A DNA stretch of 64,000 nt from positions 190,330 to 254,329 of the forward strand of contig CP070652.1 in the NCBI GenBank assembly GCA_020354645.1, written 5' to 3'. The translations under genes were made by a program, and so were the position numbers. Under the pieces are notes generated by a model that saw only the letters and a program-made list of their open reading frames with translations, was not told where the DNA came from and ran no database searches. This DNA comes from Deltaproteobacteria bacterium. Lineage in GTDB: Bacteria; Desulfobacterota; Desulfobacteria; Desulfobacterales; G020354645. This document shows, in pieces, positions 26,627 through 36,440 of this stretch. The first letter of the stretch is position 1; each line of letters opens with the position of its first letter.

Positions 26627-26975
26627 AGTGTTTTCAGAAATAGGTTCCGGTTGCCGGTATTGTCTTGCCAGCCCCGGCAACGGGTGAGCAATTCAGGAAT
26701 CGGGGCAATTTTTTCAACAACCAGATGCCGAATCATTGGCACCGGGGCTTCGAGACGGCGACCGCCCCTCATCTTGCTCCCTGCCGATAGAAAGACCTTT
26801 GCAAAACCACAAGACGCAGCCGCTTTTGCCCAGCGCGGCGGCAGAAGCCCTTTGCCATTTAAAAGCACCGGGGTGATCATCTGGTTGTGAAAAAAATACC
26901 CCGACCCCTGAATCATCCTGCGCAAGAACCGGCCTGAATGAAATAGTTTATCAGAACATTATTTTGAGAATCGCG
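26627..26975. repeat. Family-A MITE-like element, copy A4
   Basis: Right end CAGAACATTATTTTGAGAATCGC. Complementary inner arms GGGGCAATTTTTTCAACAACCAGATG and CATCTGGTTGTGAAAAAAATACCCCG. Confidence 0.7.
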
Positions 26976-27057
26976 CTCGATCAATTCCAGATATCCGGAA
27001 AATGAGCGGGAGGTTTTATCCGAATTCTGCAAAAGATCTCGGGGTCCTTCAATTTAG

Positions 27058-27205
27058 CTATTGTGCAAAACCGGCATTGGGTAAAAACAGTGCAATACTG
27101 GGGAACATAACCAGCAGAATGTTTACCAGTAGCGATATGATAATAAACGGCGGTGTATGCCTGCTCACTTCCAAATACGGTCGGTTTTCAAGATTTTTTC
27201 CGCGT
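27058..27205 (-). pseudogene. Relic of a TRAP large-permease (DctM) C-terminus
   Basis: The minus-strand frame gives NRPYLEVSRHTPPFIIISLLVNILLVMFPSIALFLPNAGFAQ*. This parallels the C-terminus of the intact DctM at 28774 (RRPYLEVISHALPFLLILILATIILIALPDIALFLPNLALGG*). No upstream body remains. Confidence 0.6.
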
Positions 27206-27366
27206 GTTTGAATGCATTTGTTGAAACAAACCCCCAGTCGGTTACGATAAGTGGTTTTTTAATTTTCAGTTCTGACAAATGGCTATGCGAAAATGATTTC
27301 TAATATTTCAAAGGCCCAAATTCTCTTTTATTAAGTAGCTTAAAAAATTATTTTGACGCTTCTCAT

Positions 27367-27685
27367 TTAGGAAACAAACAATTTTCGGGGAAAATTTGCG
27401 AAGGTTTCGCAACCATTTTCGGTTACCACAAAACTTTCGCTGATGATAAAACCCAAATCCTCTTTATCCTCATATTTTTGCCAAATTGGAGGTATCATAT
27501 GGAATGTCATGTTCGGTTTGAGTATCGTTTTATCTCCAGGGAGACAATGACGCCTTGATGTATATAAAACGACCAGCCGTATCCATCAGCAGCAGCATTT
27601 CCATACCGCCTTTGTCCATCATCTCTTTTGTCTTTCGGATCCACCGCTGAAATTCTTCCTTGGAGAATATTAATGTTTTACGCAT
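27367..27685 (-). pseudogene. Internally deleted, frameshifted relic of a DoeA/EutD-like M24 hydrolase gene
   Basis: The N-terminal piece MRKTLIFSKEEFQRWIRKTKEMMDKGGMEMLLLMD resembles the N-termini of 33904-35091 and 41526-42692. After a 1-nt frame change the C-terminal piece reads PGDKTILKPNMTFHMIPP...SESFVVTENGCETFANFPRKLFVS*. About 280 aa of central sequence are missing. Confidence 0.65.
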
Positions 27686-27696
27686 GTGTTGATCAT

Positions 27697-28728
27697 TTAG
27701 TTCTTTTTGGCCCACTCTATGTCTTTGATAACCGCATCTAAGACTTCCTTTGCCCCTTCACCGCCCATCTTCAGATACTTTTGTCTAAGTGGTTTCGCTT
27801 TTTCCCTGAAAGCGCCAATCTCTTCATCCGTCAACTCGATATACTTCATTGTCGGTTTGGCCTTCATAATCATTTGCTTTCGCTGTTCGTTCAACGTAGG
27901 TTCAAAATCGAAAATATACTCATTGGCACTTTCGATGGCACTGTCTATCAGAGCTCGAATATTTTCCGGAAGGCCCCTAATAAATTCATAGTTGGCAGCA
28001 AAAGTTCCGATAAACGGCAGTTGATCGGCTTTGATCATGTAATCCTGGACCTCGTAGAATTTCATCTCCTGGATGGCAAAAAACGGCTGCGTTTCGGCAT
28101 CAATCCGACCTAACGCAAGGTCGTCGTAAATTTGACCATACGGGACTGTAATTACATAAGCGCCGTATAATCGGTAAGCAGTAATGAGAAGTGGTGAGGA
28201 CATCACTCGAAAAGTAATACCCTCGAAATCGGCTGGTTTGCGCAAGGGTTTATTGGCCGTCCAAATTTGCCAACCCTCTTCGATAATGGATAGGAGGTCC
28301 AGCTTGTGCTTTCTGTAATATTTTTGAAGGGCTTTATAAGTATTGGGCCCTTTGCGCAATATTTTCTCGAGGAGCTTGAACTCCGTTGGAAAAAGGTAGT
28401 GAATGGAAAAGACCTGAACCTCGGGAATATAGGAACCCAGGTGACCGGGGGATTGGAAGGCAAAATGAAGATCTCCCTTTTGCAGAAGTTCTGTGATATC
28501 TCCGGACGTACCGAGCTCTCCATATAAGTGAATGTTGCAGCGAATCTCCCCTTTAGATTTCTTCTCTATAATTTCGACAAACTTTTTTGCGTACTCATGT
28601 TGCATACTGCCTTCGATTTCTTCCAGAGCCACTTGCCACAAATATTGAACAGCACCGGCTCTTCCACTGAAGCCAAAGATTAGAGCGCATACTATAAATA
28701 CCGACATGAGCTCTGTTCTTCGTTTCAT
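27697..28728 (-). CDS. TRAP transporter substrate-binding protein (DctP family), copy 1
   Basis: Signal peptide. DctP-type blocks include the conserved Arg context (GITFRVMSSP) and FYEVQDY. Confidence 0.85.
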   Translation of the reverse strand: MKRRTELMSVFIVCALIFGFSGRAGAVQYLWQVALEEIEGSMQHEYAKKFVEIIEKKSKGEIRCNIHLYGELGTSGDITELLQKGDLHFAFQSPGHLGSYIPEVQVFSIHYLFPTEFKLLEKILRKGPNTYKALQKYYRKHKLDLLSIIEEGWQIWTANKPLRKPADFEGITFRVMSSPLLITAYRLYGAYVITVPYGQIYDDLALGRIDAETQPFFAIQEMKFYEVQDYMIKADQLPFIGTFAANYEFIRGLPENIRALIDSAIESANEYIFDFEPTLNEQRKQMIMKAKPTMKYIELTDEEIGAFREKAKPLRQKYLKMGGEGAKEVLDAVIKDIEWAKKN

Positions 28729-28773
28729 GGTTGCCCTCCTTCCACGGTTGTTAAAGATACGAATCCCTGCTTC

Positions 28774-30063
28774 TTACCCGCCCAAAGCAAGATTTGGTAG
28801 AAACAAGGCAATATCCGGCAGGGCGATCAGGATAATCGTTGCCAGTATCAGTATCAGAAGAAACGGAAGCGCGTGACTTATGACCTCAAGGTAGGGTCGT
28901 CTGAATATCAGCTGGGCAGTGAAGATGTCACACCCAAACGGCGGCGTGGCCGAACCGATGGCAGCTTGCAATGTCACAAGCGTTCCAAGGAGAATGGGGT
29001 GAACGCCCGCACTGACAACATAGGGCTGAAAAATAGGGCTCAATATGAATATGGCTACAATCGGGTCGACAAACATGCAGGCCACAAAATATACGGTGAC
29101 AATGATAACGATCACCCTGAGCATCGACGGATCCGTTCCAAAAAGCGGTGGCAGGAGTTGCTGAGGAATCTGCATAAAGCCGATCATCCATGAAAACGCC
29201 TGTCCAGCGCCAACTAAAATGAACACCACACCGGTAATCACCCCGGTCTGTAAAAAGGAGTCAATAATTCTGTCAAAAGTAAGACTTCTATAGACGATTA
29301 TCTCCAGAAACAGCGCATAAAAAACAGAAGCCGCAGCGGCCTCGGTCGGACTGAAAATCCCTGCGTAGATTCCGCCCACAATGATAAACGGAAAGCCCAT
29401 GACCGGGAGCCCGTCTTTGATGGCTGCCATCCGCTCCGACCAGCTTGCCTTGGCCAGGGTCCCGACTTTTTTCATCTTTGAATAGATATAACAATATACA
29501 GAAAACATCACCAGTATCAGCAGGCCTGGAAAAACACCGGAAAGAAACAGCATCCCGATGGAGGTGCTGGTGGCGACGCCGTACACGATAAACCCGATAC
29601 TGGGGGGGATCAAAAAGGCAATATCACTTGAATTGATAATCAGCCCCAGTGTAAAAGAGCTTTTGTAGCCCGCTTCCATCAACATGGGGCGCATGGTGCC
29701 CCCAATAGCGGCCACAGTTGCCTGTGTCGACCCGGAAACCGCACCGAAGAGCGTACAGCTGGCATTGGTCGTAATCGGCAGACCTCCCGGAAGATGGCCG
29801 ACAAAGGCTTTGATCATCCGTATTAATCTGCCCGCGGACTCTCCGGATGTGATAATGCTGGCCGAAAGAATAAACATTGGCACACACACAAGCGCCGGTG
29901 GGGTGACCCCCGTAATCACCTGCTGAACCATCGTTGTAACCAGTTTCGGCGCAAAATCCGGCATATAGACATACACGTACAATATCAGGGATCCCAAAAG
30001 GGTTACCATAAAGGGAAACCCGAACAGCAACATGCTTGCAAGACTGATTCCAAAAAGTGTCAT
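28774..30063 (-). CDS. dctM: TRAP transporter large permease
   Basis: 429 aa polytopic membrane protein. 4-nt overlap with the upstream small-permease gene. Confidence 0.9.
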   Translation of the reverse strand: MTLFGISLASMLLFGFPFMVTLLGSLILYVYVYMPDFAPKLVTTMVQQVITGVTPPALVCVPMFILSASIITSGESAGRLIRMIKAFVGHLPGGLPITTNASCTLFGAVSGSTQATVAAIGGTMRPMLMEAGYKSSFTLGLIINSSDIAFLIPPSIGFIVYGVATSTSIGMLFLSGVFPGLLILVMFSVYCYIYSKMKKVGTLAKASWSERMAAIKDGLPVMGFPFIIVGGIYAGIFSPTEAAAASVFYALFLEIIVYRSLTFDRIIDSFLQTGVITGVVFILVGAGQAFSWMIGFMQIPQQLLPPLFGTDPSMLRVIVIIVTVYFVACMFVDPIVAIFILSPIFQPYVVSAGVHPILLGTLVTLQAAIGSATPPFGCDIFTAQLIFRRPYLEVISHALPFLLILILATIILIALPDIALFLPNLALGG

Positions 30064-30644
30064 ATCTGCGCCCCCCCGATATCTTCATCTTCATATTCGC
30101 TTTGTTGATCCGGCGACTGCCAGGCCTCCTTTTCAGTGAAATTCTTGATGATCGTTCTGATATACTGAATACAGGCAAGGCCGAACCCGATGGGAATGAT
30201 CACATAAAAAGTCCATTTCGGCACCCTCAGGGCGGGCGTCATATGCCCCATATTCATAGCGTTTATCAGATACTTATAAGAGAACCATGTCATAATCCCC
30301 ATCACAATGGCGCTGACAAGTGAAATGATGATGATGAACACCTTCTCCATTTTCTCTGGCATGGAATCTAGAAATGCCCCCATCCGAATGTGCCTGGCTT
30401 TTCTAACCGCATAGCTCACACCGGTAAATGTTGTCAGCATTACAAGGAACTTCGACACCTCTTCGGCAAAATAAATACTTTGGAAAAATGTTCGGGCAAA
30501 CACATTGGTGATAAGCAGTATCCCAAGTGACGCGACGCAAAAAACCAGAATTGACACCTCAACAGCATTGACTGCCGAACCGAGATACCTGTTTAACTGC
30601 TGGAAATTGGTCAACTTTTTTGGATCATCATTTCTTTCGTTCAT
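30060..30644 (-). CDS. dctQ: TRAP transporter small permease
   Basis: 194 aa, 4 TM helices, positioned directly upstream of and overlapping dctM. Confidence 0.85.
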   Translation of the reverse strand: MNERNDDPKKLTNFQQLNRYLGSAVNAVEVSILVFCVASLGILLITNVFARTFFQSIYFAEEVSKFLVMLTTFTGVSYAVRKARHIRMGAFLDSMPEKMEKVFIIIISLVSAIVMGIMTWFSYKYLINAMNMGHMTPALRVPKWTFYVIIPIGFGLACIQYIRTIIKNFTEKEAWQSPDQQSEYEDEDIGGAQI

Positions 30645-30715
30645 TGTTCACCTCTACCGTCAACAGGCTAAGGCACTGCAGCAATCATGCTGCTGCAGTG
30701 CCTAACAATGGTCCG

Positions 30716-31816
30716 CTATTTAATGTTTAGTGCTTTTTTTGCATTCTTGATATCCTTAAGAAGGGCATCGAGCATTGCCTGGGAACCTTCACCGCCGATT
30801 TCGATATATTTGGGATATACCGTTTCAGCCCTTTTCTTGAATGTGGCAATGGTGGCGTCATCCAGCACAGTAAACTTTAACTTGGATTTGGCCTTTTTCA
30901 TTTTTTCTTTATCGCTGGCATTTCTTTTAGTAATCCATTTCCCAGCAGGGATGATCGCATCGATCCAGAACTTGCGCATCTCCTGCTGAACCTCTTCGGG
31001 AAGGCTGTCAAAAAATTTCTGATTGACCGTGGGAATCCCCACAAACGGTTCGCTCTTTAGCTGAGTGCAGTAGTTCTGTACTTCATAGAACTTCATGCTA
31101 TAGATCGCAAAAAGCGGGTTGACCTGGGCATCAATAAGGCCCATCTGAAGCCCGCTGTAAACTTCCCCGTAGCTCATGGGCGTCGGAGCGGCCCCGTAAG
31201 CCTTGTAGTCTTCCACCAGCAGCTTCGAAGACATGAGTCTGAGCTTGAGACCTTTCATGTCATCCAGCGAGGTGATCGCCTTTTTGGAAGTCAGCCATTG
31301 CCACCCTTCAAACATTATCGACAGCGGCACCAGACCGTTCTTCCGGAAGGCCTCTTCCATCAGCGGCATGAACTCGCCGTTTCTGGCCATCCAGTCTAAT
31401 ACTTCCGGCACTTTTTCAGTGGGGAAGATATAGTTCAGCGCTAAAACCTGGGCCTGGGGAACAAATGAGCTGATCCAGGCGTAATCGGAAAAAACAAATT
31501 CTACCACCCCGAGCTGAGCCAGTTCATTGATATCGCCGCTGGCACCCAGCGTCCCGTATGGATATACATTAATATCAATCTTTCCGCCGGACCACTTTTT
31601 CATGTGATCAGAGAAATTTCTGGCCCAGACTGTCATAAAATCGCCTTCTATTTCTTCTGATGCCAGTCGCGCTTTAATGACCCTTCCCTCGTACTTCGCG
31701 GCAGAGACAATGCCGACACTAAAGATAAGCAAAAGCATCACTGTAATACTGATAATTTTTTTCACGGTAATACTCCTTCCTTTCCGGATTCGCAAAGCAG
31801 TCTTTTTACTTCGCAC
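30716..31816 (-). CDS. TRAP transporter substrate-binding protein (DctP family), copy 2
   Basis: Paralogous to 27697-28728. Shared blocks include EEIEG, YG.LG.SGDI.EL, GLKLRLMSS and MKFYEVQNY. Confidence 0.85.
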   Translation of the reverse strand: MRSKKTALRIRKGRSITVKKIISITVMLLLIFSVGIVSAAKYEGRVIKARLASEEIEGDFMTVWARNFSDHMKKWSGGKIDINVYPYGTLGASGDINELAQLGVVEFVFSDYAWISSFVPQAQVLALNYIFPTEKVPEVLDWMARNGEFMPLMEEAFRKNGLVPLSIMFEGWQWLTSKKAITSLDDMKGLKLRLMSSKLLVEDYKAYGAAPTPMSYGEVYSGLQMGLIDAQVNPLFAIYSMKFYEVQNYCTQLKSEPFVGIPTVNQKFFDSLPEEVQQEMRKFWIDAIIPAGKWITKRNASDKEKMKKAKSKLKFTVLDDATIATFKKRAETVYPKYIEIGGEGSQAMLDALLKDIKNAKKALNIK

Positions 31817-31855
31817 ACTTATTTTCTTAAAACTTAACCCTAGCCGCCTTTCAGA

Positions 31856-33064
31856 TCACCTCCTTTTAAGGAATTTCAAATTGTCTGCATTATTAAAAAA
31901 ATTCAGCGCTCCTCTTACGTGCATTTCAACTCCGACGCGCAGTACGTCTTCATCGATGTTAAACCGCGGATGATGGTGCGGGAAATGCGTCTCCTTGGCC
32001 GGATTACCGGCACCGAGGAAATAAAAAGCGCCGGGCACCCGGGCGGCAAACTCTGAAAAGTCCTCACCAGCCAGTGTAACAATAGAGACAATCTCCGGCG
32101 TAGGATTTAGTTCGTGTGCTGCTACCGAACGGACCAAACCGGTCATCACCGGGTGGTTGATCAACGTAGGGTGGCCATACAGGAAAGAGAGGTCATACTC
32201 GGCACGGTGTGCTGCGCATATATGCGATACAACCCGCTCAAAGCGCTTTTTCGGGTTGCCCTGGCTTTCTTCGTCCCCCTCAAACAGATAGCGCATCGTT
32301 CCCGACAAGGTGACTGAATCCGGGATTACGTTGGATGCGGTTCCGCCCTCGATTTTGCCGAACATGATAATCGTAGGCTCCGTGAGCACATCGATTTCCC
32401 GCGTCTGGATGATTTGGACTCCCTGAATGATGCCGGCGACGGTAAGAATCGGATCGATGGCGCTTTGCGGTGTAGCCGTGTGACCACCCCGGCCCTTCAC
32501 GATCAGCTTGAAATGCTCCATCCCCGCCATCACCGGTCCTTCAGAAATACCAATCTGCCCGGTCTGAATCGGCGTCCAGATATGCAGCCCCAGGCAGGCA
32601 TCCACATGAGGATTTTCCATGACCCCTTCTTCAATCATTGCCAGAGCACCCACGTTTTCCTCATTGGGTTCAAAGACAAATTTGATGTTGCCTTTGATCA
32701 GTTCCTTACAGGCCGATAAAATCTTGGCTGCCACCAGCAACATGGCCACATGGGCATCATGGCCGCAGGCGTGCATGACACCGGCATTGACTGATTTGTA
32801 AGGGACATCGTTTTCCTCCTGAATCGGTAATGCATCCATGTCGGCCCGCAGCAGCAGCGTCGGGCCCGGCCGGTCGCCCCTCAGAATACCCACCACGCCT
32901 GTCCGGTTCATCCCGCTGACCTCAAGACCGCATCCCTCCAGATAAGCGGAAACCCTTTTGGATGTCCGATGCTCTTGCAGGCCCAGTTCCGGATGCCGAT
33001 GAAAATCGCGTCTCAACTCAATAACTTCATCATTGAGTTCGGCAATCAGTTTGGAAATTTCCAT
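31856..33064 (-). CDS. M20-family amidohydrolase (N-acyl-amino-acid deacylase / hippurate-hydrolase type)
   Basis: MHACGHDAH metal-binding block, FEPNEE, GGHTATP. 402 aa. Confidence 0.85.
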   Translation of the reverse strand: MEISKLIAELNDEVIELRRDFHRHPELGLQEHRTSKRVSAYLEGCGLEVSGMNRTGVVGILRGDRPGPTLLLRADMDALPIQEENDVPYKSVNAGVMHACGHDAHVAMLLVAAKILSACKELIKGNIKFVFEPNEENVGALAMIEEGVMENPHVDACLGLHIWTPIQTGQIGISEGPVMAGMEHFKLIVKGRGGHTATPQSAIDPILTVAGIIQGVQIIQTREIDVLTEPTIIMFGKIEGGTASNVIPDSVTLSGTMRYLFEGDEESQGNPKKRFERVVSHICAAHRAEYDLSFLYGHPTLINHPVMTGLVRSVAAHELNPTPEIVSIVTLAGEDFSEFAARVPGAFYFLGAGNPAKETHFPHHHPRFNIDEDVLRVGVEMHVRGALNFFNNADNLKFLKRR

Positions 33065-33139
33065 CGAAAATCTCCTTTATCAATCTTCTCGCAAAAAAAC
33101 CGAACCGCTTTAGAACCGTAAACCTTAGTATCGGACAAA

Positions 33140-33871
33140 CTACATAAACCCTCTATATCGCTGTTTGACCACGGCAGAAAAGACAAAATTTATCATGGTT
33201 ATATAGTCAAAGACCGGTAAATTTACCGCCTCCTGAACGGCGGCGGCATATGGCGGCAACAGGCTGCATTCCAGAAGAATCGCACGGATGTTTGGTCCCC
33301 CAGCAACCAAACGCTTGGCCACACCAACCACTTCCGCTTCAACGGCATCGGCATCTAAAAATCCACTCTCCTCAATGGCAAACTCGTGGAAGTTTCTCTG
33401 GTCCTGCAAGCCGCCAATGACTAAATTGGATGAATCCGATACGCCGACGGCATTCAATAAATCATCGGTCACCTGGGTCGCATCGGCGGTGATCACACCC
33501 AACTTGGCTTCGCCACCGAGGATGCAGGAAATAAATGGAATTTGAATGAGACTCGATAGAAAAACCGGCACATGGAGTTCGCGAGCAAGTCGGGGTTGAT
33601 GGATCCCCATGAAGCCGCAATCACCAGTAACAGCTCTGACTCCCTGCTGCACGAGAGAACGGGCAGCATGCAGAAGGTTGTCGTAGACGGTCGTATCTTG
33701 GCCGATGGCCCTGTTCACCGAAAAATTCTCCACCTTTTGAAACCGCACCGGAAAGCTATATGTGGTTGCATTGGCCACGTCACCCGGGATGAATGGAACG
33801 GGGCTGTCGAGCAGTAAAATCCCGATTGCCTCCCCGGAACTCACCTGCCCTTTCTGGGTGTGATAGATCAT
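33140..33871 (-). CDS. Asp/Glu/hydantoin-racemase-superfamily protein (possible EutA analogue)
   Basis: 243 aa with two Cys-containing blocks (TGDCGFMG and LLECSLLPPY), as in two-base racemase/decarboxylase folds. The EutA assignment rests on context only. Confidence 0.55.
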   Translation of the reverse strand: MIYHTQKGQVSSGEAIGILLLDSPVPFIPGDVANATTYSFPVRFQKVENFSVNRAIGQDTTVYDNLLHAARSLVQQGVRAVTGDCGFMGIHQPRLARELHVPVFLSSLIQIPFISCILGGEAKLGVITADATQVTDDLLNAVGVSDSSNLVIGGLQDQRNFHEFAIEESGFLDADAVEAEVVGVAKRLVAGGPNIRAILLECSLLPPYAAAVQEAVNLPVFDYITMINFVFSAVVKQRYRGFM

Positions 33872-33903
33872 TGGTTGGTACTCCCTAGCCGAAACATTTC
33901 AGC

Positions 33904-35091
33904 TTAATTTTTGATAAAAAGCTTTCGCGGAAAATCGGCAAATGTTTCACAGCCGTTTGCAGTAACCCGGAATGATTCACTGCACTCAAACCCCCAGTCG
34001 TCCATCCACATGCCGAGAATCATGTGGAAGGTCATATTCGGTTCCAGAATGGTCTTATCGCCGGGCCGCAAGCTGGCGGTATGCTCCCCCCAGTCCGGCG
34101 GGTAATTCAGGCCCATGGAATAACCGATTCTTGATTCTTTTTCGAAACCCTCTTTGGCAATATGGTTTCGCCATACCAGCTCCACTTCCTCACATTGCAA
34201 GCCGGGTTTGATGGCATCCAGAGTTAGATTAAGCCCTTCGACGGTAATATCTGCAAGCTGTTTTAGCTTTTCCGGTGGATTTTTCCCAATAAAAGCGGTG
34301 CGGGCAATGGGACAGTGATACCGATGCCGGCAGGCCGCCAGTTCCAGGTTCACGGCCTCCTCTTTTTTATAGGGATGGTCCGTCCATGTCAAATGTGGGG
34401 CTGAGGTCTTTTCCCCGGTGGGCATCATGGGAACAATGGCCGGATAGTCTCCACCGAATTCCGGGGTACCGCTGGCCTGAGCATGATAAACGGCTGCGAC
34501 GGCATCGCATTCCCTCACACCGGCGGCCAAAGTGTCAATGGCGGTTTGCATTACCTTACCTGCTATCTTTCCGGCTTGCTGCATGTATTCGATTTCCCCG
34601 GGAGATTTAATGATACGGATCCAGTTGACCAAGAGATTGCCGTCGATAAATTGGCTGTCGGGCAGACTTTTTTTGAGCTCTCCAAAACTGCGCGCCGTAA
34701 AATAATACGCATCCATTTCAACACCAATGGGTCTTTTTTCCCAACCGCGCTGCTTGATTTCATCAGCCACAAAATTCATGGGGTGTTTATCCAGGGCCTG
34801 GACATAATGATCCGGATACCCGATGATATGCTCGTGAGATAGAAACACGGTGTGCCTGGCACCGTTGGCATCCATGCCCCGGCCGATCCAAAATGGTTCA
34901 TCTTCATCCAGGATAACCATGACCACTTGCGGCGTGTAAAAAGACCAACCATCATAGCCGGTGAGATAATTCATGTTGGCCGGATCTGCAACCAATAGAA
35001 TCTCAATCCCCTGCCGGGCCATGCTTTTTTTGGTTTTTTCAATCCTTGTTTTATATTCGTCAATTTCAAACAGCGCCATCATCTCCCCCAT
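33904..35091 (-). CDS. M24-family creatinase/ectoine-hydrolase-like protein (DoeA/EutD-like), copy 1
   Basis: Creatinase-type N-domain (LLVADPANMNYLTGYDGWSFY) plus a pita-bread C-domain (YPPDWGEHTASLRPGDKTILEPNMTFH). About 395 aa. Confidence 0.78.
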   Translation of the reverse strand: MGEMMALFEIDEYKTRIEKTKKSMARQGIEILLVADPANMNYLTGYDGWSFYTPQVVMVILDEDEPFWIGRGMDANGARHTVFLSHEHIIGYPDHYVQALDKHPMNFVADEIKQRGWEKRPIGVEMDAYYFTARSFGELKKSLPDSQFIDGNLLVNWIRIIKSPGEIEYMQQAGKIAGKVMQTAIDTLAAGVRECDAVAAVYHAQASGTPEFGGDYPAIVPMMPTGEKTSAPHLTWTDHPYKKEEAVNLELAACRHRYHCPIARTAFIGKNPPEKLKQLADITVEGLNLTLDAIKPGLQCEEVELVWRNHIAKEGFEKESRIGYSMGLNYPPDWGEHTASLRPGDKTILEPNMTFHMILGMWMDDWGFECSESFRVTANGCETFADFPRKLFIKN

Positions 35092-35209
35092 GATCTGTCA
35101 ATCGCTGCATCGGCCTTTTAATTCACAGCGGCCGGTGCGTGAACGTAAAAATAAATATAGGATGCAGTCAACGCGACGATCTTCATTAAGGCTTTCATAT
35201 CTCCGTGTA

Positions 35210-36424
35210 TTAAAGCCGCAAGTTTGCCACCCCTTTTTTTATCCTGGAAATGCCTTCCTGCAGCTTTTCCGTATCGGCGGCAAATGAAATACGGACATAA
35301 CCTTCACCTCTTTTTCCGAAAATACTTCCCGGTACCACAGCCACCTTGTGATCCTTTACAAGGTATCGTGCCAAATCCCAAGAAGTCATCCCGAAACTGG
35401 AGATGTTCGGAAAAGCATAGAACGTGGATTCAGGTTGAATGCAGGAAATACCGTCAATGGCATTCAGACCCTCATGGATGATTTTTCTTCTTTTATCGTA
35501 TGCTTTCACCATTTCGTGGACGCAATCCCGCGGAGCTTGGAGGGCTGCCAATGCGGCTCTCTGGGCCACGGCCGTTACGCCTGAAACCATATGTTCCTGG
35601 AGTTTTTCCATTTCATCGATGAAGGCCTTGGGAGCGACGGCATACCCCACCCGCCAGCCGGTCATGGCATAAGACTTGGAAAACGTAAAAGCGGAGATCG
35701 TCAACTCTTTCATACCATCAAGAGACCCGATACTCACATGCTTTTTGCCGTCAAAAAGAATATGTTCGTAGGGTTCATCCGACAGAACAAAGATATTGCG
35801 TTCTCTTGCAATTTGAGCAATTTGAATCAATATGTCTTCATCAAATACTGCCCCGGTAGGATTGGACGGTGAATTGAGGATAATGAGCTTGGTCTTGTTT
35901 GAGACAGCCGCCTTAATGTCGGCAGGGTCCACCTTGAATAAATTTTTTTCATAGGCCGCAACCGGGACGGGCCTGCCGCTGAAGAGCCGAATTTGGGAAT
36001 AGTAATCGTATCCGGGATCGACGACGATCACTTCATCACCGGGCTCGACAAGATGCAGCACGGTGTTGAAAATGACCTGCATGGCGCCGACGCTGACAAA
36101 GATTTCTGTGTCCGGATCGGCTATCACCTTGTTTTCTGTTTTTAGCTTCTCGGCAATTGCCTCTCTTAGATCCTGGAAACCCTTGGCAGGTGGATAGCGT
36201 GTATAGCCGTCGTCCAGGGCTTTTTTGGCTGCCTCGCAGATAAACGCCGGAGTGTCAAAATCAGGCTGGCCGATGCCGAGATTGATCACACCGGGGATTT
36301 CACCGGCAAAGGCGAACATCACTCGGATTCCCGACCAGTCCACTTCAAAGCTTCGTTTGGCTATAAATTGTTGTATATCCATTAAGACACCGTGTTGAAG
36401 ATAATAGTTATAAACTTTGCACAT
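35210..36424 (-). CDS. Class I/II PLP aminotransferase (aspartate-aminotransferase type)
   Basis: Blocks GQPDF, SPSNPTG and the FSKSYAMTGWRVGY Lys block. The start could instead be the ATG at 36382 (MDIQQF...). Confidence 0.85.
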   Translation of the reverse strand: MCKVYNYYLQHGVLMDIQQFIAKRSFEVDWSGIRVMFAFAGEIPGVINLGIGQPDFDTPAFICEAAKKALDDGYTRYPPAKGFQDLREAIAEKLKTENKVIADPDTEIFVSVGAMQVIFNTVLHLVEPGDEVIVVDPGYDYYSQIRLFSGRPVPVAAYEKNLFKVDPADIKAAVSNKTKLIILNSPSNPTGAVFDEDILIQIAQIARERNIFVLSDEPYEHILFDGKKHVSIGSLDGMKELTISAFTFSKSYAMTGWRVGYAVAPKAFIDEMEKLQEHMVSGVTAVAQRAALAALQAPRDCVHEMVKAYDKRRKIIHEGLNAIDGISCIQPESTFYAFPNISSFGMTSWDLARYLVKDHKVAVVPGSIFGKRGEGYVRISFAADTEKLQEGISRIKKGVANLRL

Positions 36425-36440
36425 GTGGTAAGTGCATCGG

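Noticed and set aside
27002-27211. 69-aa plus-strand ORF
   Set aside because: It is antisense to the dctM C-terminal relic and has no independent support.
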